Shown: positions 31,362 to 40,139 of the stretch, piece after piece | How positions within the stretch are numbered: the first letter of the stretch is position 1 | How the letters are laid out: each line of letters starts with the position of its first letter | Source of the DNA: a bacterium | GTDB lineage: Bacteria > UBA8248 | Length of the DNA stretch: 64,000 nt | Assembly: GCA_965200245.1 (NCBI GenBank) | Contig: CBDATS010000004.1 | Coordinates: forward strand, 288,001-352,000 | Direction of reading: 5' to 3' | The notes under the pieces: model-generated | Databases searched by the model: none | The model's input: only the letters and a program-made list of their open reading frames with translations | Told to the model about the DNA's origin: nothing | Program-made: the position numbers and the translations under genes

Positions 31362-33148
31362 ACTTGCACCGGGCGAATGGCGCGCAGTTCAAGCTGCACC
31401 GTGGTCTTGCCGCGCCAGCGGTTCAGGGCGGGAGAGAATGCGACATCCAGCCAACCCTTCAAACGCTCTGGCTCCTCGAGCAGTCCCCCCATGCCGAAGC
31501 CGATGGCCTCTCGCTGTGCGCGGAACTGTCGCAGGTTCAGTTTCAAGTGCCCGCCCTTGCGCCCCACGGAGCCCGGGCTTCCCGTTACCTCGACTCGGGA
31601 AGCGAAGAAGACAGGTCTCGGGTTCTCCTCCCCGAATGGCGCCATGTTCTCAAGTTGTTCCAGGAGCGGCACGTCCATGTCAGAGAGATCGACGCGGGCG
31701 TCGAGCATAAGTTCACGCTCATCCGCCCCAGATCTGCGCATCCCGCGAACCACCTCCCGGAAACGTTCCCTGAAGGCGTCTATCTTCTCCTCCGCCACCT
31801 TAAGGCCTGCGGCGCCCTTGTGTCCGCCAAACTGGATCAAGAGATCCGAACAATGCGCGAGCGCATCATATACGTGAAGATCCATGGCGGAGCGAACCGA
31901 TCCCTTGCCCACCCCGTCCTTTAGATGGATGAGAACCGAGGACCGGTGATACTTCTCCACGAGTTTCGCGGCCACGATGCCCACCACACCGGGATGCCAT
32001 TTGTCACTCGCGAGCACGATAGCCTCATCGCGGGCGCCCGTTCCCGATGCCTCCATCATGGCCATCGCCTCCTCCCAGGCCTGTTGCTGCAAATTCCGGC
32101 GCTGGCGGTTCCACTCCTCGAGCACTTCCGCGCACGATCGCGCCTCGCCCTCTTCGTCTGCGGTGAGAAGATCGACACCCAGGGAAGCCTCCCCTACCCG
32201 ACCCGCCGCGTTGAGCCTTGGAGCTATCAAAAAGGAGATGTGCCCGACGTTGAGCGTTTGGGCCTTGAGGTTCGCAGCGGCCTGTAAAGCGCGAATCCCT
32301 GCCTTTCGCCGATCCAGTGCCTCGAACCCGCCTTCAGCCACTTCGGGGGGCGAAAGAATCTCCAGCCCGTGGCGCACGAATATGTGATTCTCGTCCCGCA
32401 AGGGAACCACGTCGGCCACCGTACCCAAAGCCACGAGGTCCAAGTGTTGTTTCAGGTTCGGAAGGGGTGTTCCGAACCCGCCCTCGTGCAGTCGCCTCCT
32501 GACAGCCGTGATGAGCTTGAATGCTACCCCGACTCCGCTAAGTCCTCGAAAAGGATATCCACAGCCCGATCTGCGGGGGTTCAGGACGGCAACGGAGGAC
32601 GGCAACTCATCGGGCGGGCGATGATGATCGGTAATGACGAGACCCATGCCCATTCGCTCGGCTTCCCTAGCGGCCTCATGCGCACTGATGCCGCAATCGA
32701 CCGTCACCACCGTGTCGCAGCCCGCTTCCTTAAGCTTTTCCAGCCCCTTTCGGTGCAGGCCGTAGCCCTCGTCCAGGCGGTTTGGAATGTAGTAGGGAAC
32801 CCGCACGCCTACCTGCGAGAAAAACCGGCACAACAGCGCCGTAGCGGAGATACCGTCCACGTCGTAATCCCCGTACACGCCGATGGGACGACGGCTCCTG
32901 ATGCGTTCCAGGAGGTGGGAGACGGCCTCCTCCATCCCTTTCATCAAAAACGGGTCGTGGAGCCCGGTCAGGGGCGCGTCCAGAAACTTGAGGGCTTCGG
33001 CGGAGTCCCGGATTCCCCTCTGGGCGAGAAGCCGTCCCATGAGTGGGGGTACGTTCAATTCGCGAGAGAGTTTTTCTGCGGACTGTTCATCGAAGGGACG
33101 CGGGGTCCACCTGCGAGGAAAGACAAGCGGGCCGGTGGAGTCGATCAT
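31358..33148 (-). CDS. recJ: ssDNA-specific exonuclease RecJ
   Basis: GDYDVDG, TVDCG, TDHH, GTVADVV, PRLNAAGR, GGHKGAAG, PFG. Confidence 0.96.
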   Translation of the reverse strand: MIDSTGPLVFPRRWTPRPFDEQSAEKLSRELNVPPLMGRLLAQRGIRDSAEALKFLDAPLTGLHDPFLMKGMEEAVSHLLERIRSRRPIGVYGDYDVDGISATALLCRFFSQVGVRVPYYIPNRLDEGYGLHRKGLEKLKEAGCDTVVTVDCGISAHEAAREAERMGMGLVITDHHRPPDELPSSVAVLNPRRSGCGYPFRGLSGVGVAFKLITAVRRRLHEGGFGTPLPNLKQHLDLVALGTVADVVPLRDENHIFVRHGLEILSPPEVAEGGFEALDRRKAGIRALQAAANLKAQTLNVGHISFLIAPRLNAAGRVGEASLGVDLLTADEEGEARSCAEVLEEWNRQRRNLQQQAWEEAMAMMEASGTGARDEAIVLASDKWHPGVVGIVAAKLVEKYHRSSVLIHLKDGVGKGSVRSAMDLHVYDALAHCSDLLIQFGGHKGAAGLKVAEEKIDAFRERFREVVRGMRRSGADERELMLDARVDLSDMDVPLLEQLENMAPFGEENPRPVFFASRVEVTGSPGSVGRKGGHLKLNLRQFRAQREAIGFGMGGLLEEPERLKGWLDVAFSPALNRWRGKTTVQLELRAIRPVQV

Positions 33149-33228
33149 CGGCCCTTCACCGGTCCCAGCCCTGCTCGCCGGAAAAGGCGTCGGACAGGGC
33201 GATTCGCCGGAAGCGCTCCGCTCGCCTG

Positions 33229-34965
33229 CTATTCATCCTTACGCCCACCTTGCGAGGAGATCGATTCGCCGCCCTGAACCTGAGCCGCTTCCCCGGAATC
33301 ATCATCAGGCGATTCGGCGATCGGAACAATGCCGGGACCCAGTCCCTCGAATTCATCCTCTCCGGCCGGATCCGGACGCGGCGAGGCGCGCCTTCTCCAC
33401 CCGTCCCGGATGGAGGGCTTCGGCATGGAGCGTGCCATCATCTCGCGCGCCCCTTTGAAATGGGCACTCACGGGACGGGAAAACTTCTGGTTGTACGAAA
33501 CCATGGCGCGAACCAGCGCGCCCGTCAGGTTTTTGGGCCTGCAGGCGTTTCCGTTCATGATTACCGAGAAGGCAAGTATCTCCCCGTTCCGGGCGGCGGC
33601 ATATCCGCTGAAGGCGCGAACGCCGTTCAACAAGCCTGTCTTCACCCGTATCCGACGCGAATCCACTCCCCGACGGCGTCTTTTCCTCACCGTGCCGTCC
33701 ACGCCGAACACGGCGAGCGACGCCATGAACTCGGGCCTCAGCCTGAAGTCGTTGTGCGCCGCTTCGAGCAGGGTCGTCAGAGCGCGCGGCGAGGAACGGT
33801 TCATCCTGCTCAGGCCCGACCCGTCGGCGAGGGCGATCTCCTTCGCCGAGACGCCGGCAGAGAGCAAAAAATCCCGCACGACGCGCAAGCCTTTTTCCGC
33901 CGTGCCTGGCGCACCGTGTGTCTCTGCACCCATCGTCTTGAGAACCTGCTCGGCGACGAAGTTGTTGCTGAACTTGTTGAGGCCGCTCACCACCTCGCTC
34001 AGGGGCGGTGAAAGATGCCGCGAGAGAAGCTTCGCATCGGGTGGCGTGGCGGCCCTCCGGATTTTTCCCTTCAAGGCGATTCCCTGCCTCTTGAACTCGG
34101 CGGCAACGGCGCCCGCGGTGAAGGCGGCGGGGTCCGTGACAGGCACGCGGTATCTCCTCGTCCTGCTCCTCGCCGGAAACGAACCACTGACCTGAACGAC
34201 ATCCACTCCCTTCGAGCGCTTTCGCCCGAGCCGGATTTTCAAGCGCCTGCGCGTGGTCTTCACCTTCGCCCGAAGACGAAGCGCGCGCGAAGGCGGCTCG
34301 AGGTACACCCTGGCCGGAGCACCGACGCCATCGCCCGGGGACACGAGCACGTTCGCCAGACCGAAATTCAGGGACAAGGCCCCGTGCGGCGCGAGGTAGG
34401 GACGGATGGAGCGGCCCACCCGCCACCCCCGGCCATATTTCCTGTCGTCGAAAAACGAAGCATCCGCCACCAGGTCGCCCTCAATGCGCCTCACACCGCG
34501 CAGCTTGAGGCGGCGCACGAGGTCGCGCATCTTTTCATGCACGAACAGCGGGTCGCCGTAACCCTTGAGATAAAGGTCTCCCCGCAGCACGCCGCCTCGA
34601 ACCTTTCCTTTCGCGTAAAAATCGGTGGCAAAGCGATAGTCCGGCCCCAGGCGCGCGAGCGCCGCAGCGGCCGTGAATAGTTTGACATTCGAGGCGGGTA
34701 TCCGCTTCCTGGCGGCGTTATGTGAGTAGAGCGTCTGCGCGGTGGAAATCGAACGAATATACAGACCCAGGCGCCCGAGGCGGACACATTGCCTTTTGAT
34801 GGCGCGGCTCACCCTGCCCTGGAAGACGGCCCTGGAGACAATGCCTTTTTTCGATGCGCGCTTTTTTCCGGTGGCGGAAGCGTCCGACATCCACAAACCA
34901 GCGAGGCAGGCAACCACCACCCAAAGAGAGAACCGCAAAACACTCCCCTGCGTTCCGTATTTCAT
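33229..34965 (-). CDS. dacB: D-Ala-D-Ala carboxypeptidase/endopeptidase (PBP4, peptidase S13)
   Basis: PASNVK (SxxK), KFSNN (SxN), DGSGLSR, VKTG. Confidence 0.92.
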   Translation of the reverse strand: MKYGTQGSVLRFSLWVVVACLAGLWMSDASATGKKRASKKGIVSRAVFQGRVSRAIKRQCVRLGRLGLYIRSISTAQTLYSHNAARKRIPASNVKLFTAAAALARLGPDYRFATDFYAKGKVRGGVLRGDLYLKGYGDPLFVHEKMRDLVRRLKLRGVRRIEGDLVADASFFDDRKYGRGWRVGRSIRPYLAPHGALSLNFGLANVLVSPGDGVGAPARVYLEPPSRALRLRAKVKTTRRRLKIRLGRKRSKGVDVVQVSGSFPARSRTRRYRVPVTDPAAFTAGAVAAEFKRQGIALKGKIRRAATPPDAKLLSRHLSPPLSEVVSGLNKFSNNFVAEQVLKTMGAETHGAPGTAEKGLRVVRDFLLSAGVSAKEIALADGSGLSRMNRSSPRALTTLLEAAHNDFRLRPEFMASLAVFGVDGTVRKRRRRGVDSRRIRVKTGLLNGVRAFSGYAAARNGEILAFSVIMNGNACRPKNLTGALVRAMVSYNQKFSRPVSAHFKGAREMMARSMPKPSIRDGWRRRASPRPDPAGEDEFEGLGPGIVPIAESPDDDSGEAAQVQGGESISSQGGRKDE

Positions 34966-35020
34966 GAACTTCTTTCCGTAATCGTCATGCGGGGGGCGGA
35001 AATAACGAGGTTATCAGCGC

Positions 35021-35590
35021 TCACAAAAAAGCGAGGGCCTGCATAATCTGCTGAATCGAGGGGCGGTCGCTGGCATTTCTTCCGACATAAACGTAGCGAA
35101 CCACACCGCTCTTGTCGATGATGAAGATGGCAGGTCGGGCGATTCCTTCTCTGGGATGAAGCACACCGAACTCCTTGATGAGTCGTTTTTTCGGATCCGA
35201 AACCAATAGATATCGAATGCCCAGCTGTCGCGTCGTCTTGTTCATCTCCAGTGCGTTGTCCGAACTGATGGAGATGATATCCGTTTGAAGCCCGTCAATT
35301 TTTGCGGCATTTTCCTGGAACTCGACGAGTTGCCTCTGGCATATCCCTCAGAAGTGTCCCCGATAGAAAATCATCACGAGGTTCTTCTTGTTCTTGAGGT
35401 CCGAGAGCCTGAAACCCTGGATTTCGAACTCACGTGCCTTTTGCCCCACCTTGGGGCGATTTTCGTCAAACGGCGCTGCAGCCGCAACGCTCAGGCTCAA
35501 AAGGACAAAGGCAAGCGTCATCGACACCGGGCGCAAAGCTCGCCTGAAAGAAAACCTGCACCATCTCATCTGGGAAAACCTCCGGATCAT
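35021..35590 (-). CDS. Secreted AhpC/TSA (peroxiredoxin-like) selenoprotein with in-frame UGA at 35348-35350
   Basis: Read-through gives FYRGHF-U-GICQRQL...ISISSD...LVSDP...ARPAIFIIDKSGVVRY, in frame with ORF 35021-35245; UxxC sits at the CxxC position; start could also be 35569 or 35521. Confidence 0.8.
35314..35334 (-). promoter_or_regulatory. Putative bacterial SECIS hairpin
   Basis: GG(C)AACTC-GTC-GAGTTCC on the minus strand; G-first apical loop starts about 21 nt after the UGA. Confidence 0.6.
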
Positions 35591-35724
35591 CGAGTCAAAA
35601 AACACGGTCGGGTCGAATCTTAATCCGCTTGGAGCGGGCTGTAAACCATACGAACACCCCGCATTGACTATCGGACGCGGCGTATGCGAATCTCCGTGTG
35701 TCTCCCGCCCGCCGGTAGAATCAG

Positions 35725-37272
35725 GTGTACAACAAATCGCTCGCACCCATCGTCTTCGTGATCGCGTGCGCGTTCTTATTCGCCTGCGGGGAGAAGCGTT
35801 CCGCAAGAAACGACGCCATCATCGTCGGCATCGACTCCAACCCCACGCAGCTTGACCCGAGACTGGCGCAAGACGCCGTCTCCTCGAAATTGTTGCGCTT
35901 CATCTTCAGCCGCCTGATATCGAGAGACCACGAGGGCCGCACCGTCCTTGAACTCGCCGAGAAGTGGGAGCAGCCAACGCCCCTCGTCCACCACTTCGAA
36001 CTCAGACGAGGTGTGCGGTTCCACAACGGAGAAACCCTCACTTCATCGGACGTGAAATACACCTTCGAGTCCATTCGGGACCCTTCCCTCGCCTCACCCA
36101 AGGCGGCGGGACTCAAGAAACTCGCCCGCATCGAAACGCCCACGCCACACAGGGTCGTTTTTCATCTCAAGGAACCTTCCGCCTCGTTCGCAGAATCCCT
36201 GATGATCGGCATCCTCCCCAAAAGCGCGCGCAAGGCGGGGAATCGCTTCGCCCGAAAACCCGTCGGGTCCGGTCCGTTCGAGTTCGTGGAATTCACGCCG
36301 GATGAGCGAATCACCCTCAAGGCGTTCGCCGGCCACTTCGCGGGCAAACCCACCTATGAGCGACTCATCTTCCGGATTCTTCCCGAAGAGACCATACGCG
36401 TTCTGGAACTTGAAAGCGGCGGCATCGACTTTCTCCAGAACGCTTTCTCTCCCGACGTTTTGCCGCGCTTCGTCAAGAACAAGCGCCTCAGGATACAAAA
36501 ACGCCTGGGCACGAACTTCACATACATCGGCTTCAACATGAACGACCCGATTCTCTCCAAACTCGGGGTGCGCCGCGCGATAGCCCATGCGATCGACAGA
36601 CGGCCCATCGTGCGCTTCATCCACAAGGACCTCGTACAAGAGGCAGACAGCCTGATGCCGCCCAATCACTGGGCACACCGAAAAAGTCTCCCAAACTACG
36701 CGCACGATCCGGCCCTCGCGATGAAACTCCTGGATGCGGCGGGCTACCCCGACCCCGACGGGCCGGGACCTGCGATGCGCTTCACACTCGTCTACAAAAC
36801 CTCTCAAAACGAACTGGGCCGCCGCATCGCCACCGTATTCGGCCACCAGTTCGCCCGCGTGGGGATACGGCTGAAAATCCGCTCCTATGAGTGGGGCACG
36901 TTTTTCGGCGACATCAGAAGCGGAAACTTCCAACTCTACAGCCTGACGTGGGTCGGAATATCGGACCCGGACATCTACCGCTACATTTTCCACAGCCACT
37001 TCACACCGCCATCAGGCCTCAACCGCGGCCTCTACAGGAACGCGCGCGTGGACACGCTATTGGAGGAAGCCCACCGGTCCGCCAACCCCAGCATTCGCGC
37101 CCGCGCCTACGGCGAGGCGCAGCGTATCCTGGGCGAGGAACTTCCCTACATCAACCTGTGGCACAGCGTGAACGTGGCTGTCTTCGACAAGCGCATATCG
37201 GGTTACCGGGTGTTCCCGGACGCGGACTTCATCTCGCTGGCGAAAGCGAATCTCTTACCCCTGGCAAAGTGA
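35725..37272 (+). CDS. Peptide/nickel ABC substrate-binding lipoprotein (SBP family 5)
   Basis: Lipobox FLFAC, LRRGVRFHNGE.LTSSDV, PVGSGPF, VRRAIAHAIDR. Confidence 0.9.
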   Translation: MYNKSLAPIVFVIACAFLFACGEKRSARNDAIIVGIDSNPTQLDPRLAQDAVSSKLLRFIFSRLISRDHEGRTVLELAEKWEQPTPLVHHFELRRGVRFHNGETLTSSDVKYTFESIRDPSLASPKAAGLKKLARIETPTPHRVVFHLKEPSASFAESLMIGILPKSARKAGNRFARKPVGSGPFEFVEFTPDERITLKAFAGHFAGKPTYERLIFRILPEETIRVLELESGGIDFLQNAFSPDVLPRFVKNKRLRIQKRLGTNFTYIGFNMNDPILSKLGVRRAIAHAIDRRPIVRFIHKDLVQEADSLMPPNHWAHRKSLPNYAHDPALAMKLLDAAGYPDPDGPGPAMRFTLVYKTSQNELGRRIATVFGHQFARVGIRLKIRSYEWGTFFGDIRSGNFQLYSLTWVGISDPDIYRYIFHSHFTPPSGLNRGLYRNARVDTLLEEAHRSANPSIRARAYGEAQRILGEELPYINLWHSVNVAVFDKRISGYRVFPDADFISLAKANLLPLAK

Positions 37273-37275
37273 TAG

Positions 37276-38196
37276 ATGCGAAAATTCCTCTTCAGGCGCG
37301 TATTGCTGCTCATCCCCGTACTGTGGGGGGTGACAACGCTCGTCTTTATCGTCACCCAGGTGCTGCCGGGTGACCCGGTAGACCTCATGCTGGGCGAGAC
37401 CGCCCGCCCGGCAGATCGCGAACTAATGCGCAAGACACTTGGGCTGGACAGGCCGCTGGGCGTTCAATACGCCGACTACATGGGCGGACTCCTGCGTGGA
37501 GACCTGGGCAACTCGCTCCACCAGAAACGGGCGGTCTCGGCCATCATCTTCGAGCGCACCTACGCTTCAGCGGAACTGACGCTCGCCTCGATGGCTGTGG
37601 CACTGCTCATCTCGCTTCCGCTGGGAATCGCCGCGGCGCGAAAACAGGGCACGGCGATCGATCTGGGGGCAAGCTTTTTCGCCGTGGCGGGGGCGAGCAT
37701 GCCCGTCTTCTGGCTTGGGCCGCTGCTTATCATCGTCTTCTCCATCGGTCTGGGGTGGCTGCCCGTCTCGGGTCGGGAGGGCAGTTTCAGCCTCATCCTC
37801 CCTGCCGTGACGCTCGGCGCCGCGCTCTCTCCCATACTGATGCGCATGGCGCGATCGAGCCTCCTGGAAGTGCTGCCGCAAGACTATATCAGCACTGCTC
37901 GTGCAAAGGGCATCTCCGAGAAACGGGTGCTCTGGCTCCATGCGCTCAAGAATGCGTGCCTGCCCCTCATCACGATTCTGAGCCTTCAACTCGGCGCCCT
38001 GCTCTCTGGCGCCATCATCACCGAGACCGTCTTCGCCTGGCCTGGTGTAGGGCGTCTGGTGATCCAGGCCATCGCATCGCGCGACTACCCCCTCGTACAG
38101 GGTTGTGTACTGTTTATCGCCGCCATATACGTGAGCGCGAACTTTCTGGCCGACGTCGCCTACGCCTGGCTCGACCCGCGCGTAAGGCTCACATGA
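37276..38196 (+). CDS. Peptide ABC permease (DppB/NikB-like)
   Basis: PGDP, GDLGNS, TARAKG..HALKN, ETVFAWPG. Confidence 0.9.
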   Translation: MRKFLFRRVLLLIPVLWGVTTLVFIVTQVLPGDPVDLMLGETARPADRELMRKTLGLDRPLGVQYADYMGGLLRGDLGNSLHQKRAVSAIIFERTYASAELTLASMAVALLISLPLGIAAARKQGTAIDLGASFFAVAGASMPVFWLGPLLIIVFSIGLGWLPVSGREGSFSLILPAVTLGAALSPILMRMARSSLLEVLPQDYISTARAKGISEKRVLWLHALKNACLPLITILSLQLGALLSGAIITETVFAWPGVGRLVIQAIASRDYPLVQGCVLFIAAIYVSANFLADVAYAWLDPRVRLT

Positions 38197-39002
38197 GACA
38201 CAGCCTCTCCATCTATCTGGGCGGAGGCATCATCGCTCTTTTACTCGTCGCCACCTTGGCAGCCCCCCTTCTCTCACCGCAAACCCCCTACGAGATGGAA
38301 CTGTCCCAGGGACTGGCGGCCCCCGAGTCGGCGCATCCCTTCGGGCGGGACAAGCTCGGCCGCGACATTCTGAGCCGCGTCCTCTACGGCGGGAGAACCT
38401 CACTCATCGTAGGCTTCGCCGCAGTCTCCATATCGGTGCTGCTGGGTGTCCTGATCGGTGGAATCGCGGGCTATCTCGGCGGGGTGTGGGATGAGGTGAT
38501 CATGCGCGTGACCGACGTGTTCCTGGCATTCCCGGGCATATTGCTCGCCATCGCGCTCATGTCCGTTCTCGCGCCGAGTCTCTGGAACATCGTGATATCG
38601 CTGTCCGTATTCGGGTGGGTGGGCTACGCGCGCCTCACCCGTGCACAGGTGCTGGCGCTCCGCGAACGCGAATTCGTGACCGCCGCCCGTGCCGCGGGCG
38701 CAGCACCCGGACGCATCCTCACACACCACCTGTTCACGAACGTCATCTCGCCGGTCATTGTGGAGGCGAGCATCGGCATGGCGGGAGCGATTCTCGCCGA
38801 GTCGGGACTATCCTTCCTGGGACTGGGCATACAGCCGCCCGAACCGAGTTGGGGAGCGATGCTGGCCGAGGGACGCGACTTCCTCCTCGTCGCTCCGCAC
38901 CTGACGATTTATCCGGGAATCGCCATCGCCCTGACCGTCATGGGCCTGAACATCCTGGGCGATGGACTAAGAGACCTGCTCGACCCGACTCAGAAGAGAT
39001 AG
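38193..39002 (+). CDS. Peptide ABC permease (DppC-like)
   Basis: HPFGRDKLGRD, EFVTAARAAG, ESGLSFLGLG..PSWG, GDGLRDLLDP. Confidence 0.9.
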   Translation: MRHSLSIYLGGGIIALLLVATLAAPLLSPQTPYEMELSQGLAAPESAHPFGRDKLGRDILSRVLYGGRTSLIVGFAAVSISVLLGVLIGGIAGYLGGVWDEVIMRVTDVFLAFPGILLAIALMSVLAPSLWNIVISLSVFGWVGYARLTRAQVLALREREFVTAARAAGAAPGRILTHHLFTNVISPVIVEASIGMAGAILAESGLSFLGLGIQPPEPSWGAMLAEGRDFLLVAPHLTIYPGIAIALTVMGLNILGDGLRDLLDPTQKR

Positions 39003-39463
39003 AGGAAATACCAGCGCCGCTTTTTCTTTTCGGGCTCTTTTTTCTTGACCCCGGTGGGAGGAACTTCCTGCTTGGGCGCGGGTTGCGTTCCCTTTTCCCG
39101 TTTCAGTCGGGAGACGGGTTTTGGCTTCGGGATCCTAGCCATGTCGACCAGAGCACCGTGCGGGAACGTGGTGCCGCGCAGCTCGGCACGGAAGAACGTC
39201 TTGGGACGAACAACGTGGCACTCGAGACAGCGGGTGGCGGTTCGCAACGGACTTTTCTCGTCGTAGCGTAGCTGCTGCTTGTTGACGTGCGGAATCTCCT
39301 GGAAATCCGCGTGCAGGTGGCAACTTTGGCAGTAGGAAGTGACAACCACGTTCTCCTCCGCCCGGGGAAGAGAGCCACGTACCGCCCTTTCTATCGGCTT
39401 CTGCTGACAGGCGGTGACGAGGAGCAGACAGACCATCAAAGCCATGAGCCATAAATTCTTCAT
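38990..39463 (-). CDS. Dihaem cytochrome c lipoprotein
   Basis: Lipobox LVTAC; two CxxCH motifs (CQSCH, CLECH). Confidence 0.72.
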   Translation of the reverse strand: MKNLWLMALMVCLLLVTACQQKPIERAVRGSLPRAEENVVVTSYCQSCHLHADFQEIPHVNKQQLRYDEKSPLRTATRCLECHVVRPKTFFRAELRGTTFPHGALVDMARIPKPKPVSRLKREKGTQPAPKQEVPPTGVKKKEPEKKKRRWYFLYLF

Positions 39464-39552
39464 CCTGCCGCTCCAAGAAAATGTAACGTCTCTTCCCGCT
39501 CATTCGCACACAGTATACGAACTGTGCCTTCGTACCGCAACGAAGCCGACGC

Positions 39553-39966
39553 CTAGGCGCTTTGCCTCCGGCTGGCTATTGCCTCGCGCACGTAGGCAAC
39601 AATGTCCTCCATCGTCGCGCCCGGGGTGAAAATTTCGTCTACCCCGTTTTCCTTGAGAAAGGGGATGTCCTCATCCGGCACGATGCCGCCCCCGAAGAGC
39701 AGGACATCCTCCATGCCGTGCCCATTGAGCAGTTCACGAATCCTGGGAAACAGGTGGTTGTGCGCGCCCGAGAGAATCGAGAGACCTACGCAGTCGACAT
39801 CCTCCTGCATGGCGGTCGAGGCGATTTGTTCCGGCGTCTGGCGAATCCCCGTGTAGATAACCTCCATTCCGGCGTCCCTGAGCGCGCGCGCGACCACCTT
39901 GGCCCCCCTGTCGTGGCCGTCGAGGCCGGGCTTGCCCACAAGAACGCGTATCTTCCGCTCGCTCAT
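39553..39966 (-). CDS. Cobalamin-binding subunit, methylmalonyl-CoA mutase C-terminal domain family
   Basis: [26 protein letters not shown]. Confidence 0.93.
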   Translation of the reverse strand: MSERKIRVLVGKPGLDGHDRGAKVVARALRDAGMEVIYTGIRQTPEQIASTAMQEDVDCVGLSILSGAHNHLFPRIRELLNGHGMEDVLLFGGGIVPDEDIPFLKENGVDEIFTPGATMEDIVAYVREAIASRRQSA

Positions 39967-40139
39967 CCTCCGCCTCCGCGATCGATGTTTTTCCACAGGT
40001 TCCAGTCCCGATTATCCTGTAAGGAAAGCCGCGTTTCAAATGAAATCCTGGAATGTGTCGACTTTTCATGCGAGTTTGCGTACCCTCGCAAAATTAATAA
40101 AGCGCATCTCGGGATTCCCACACCCTACAGGATTTTCAC

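Noticed and set aside
33043-34426. Long alternative and antisense ORFs over dacB (also over trpB, leuC, liv genes and the TRAP permease)
   Set aside because: Shadow ORFs expected from high-GC codon bias opposite well-supported genes.
35725-39002. Peptide ABC operon lacking ATPase genes as a novel system
   Set aside because: DppD/F-type ATPases are often encoded elsewhere, so this is not unusual.
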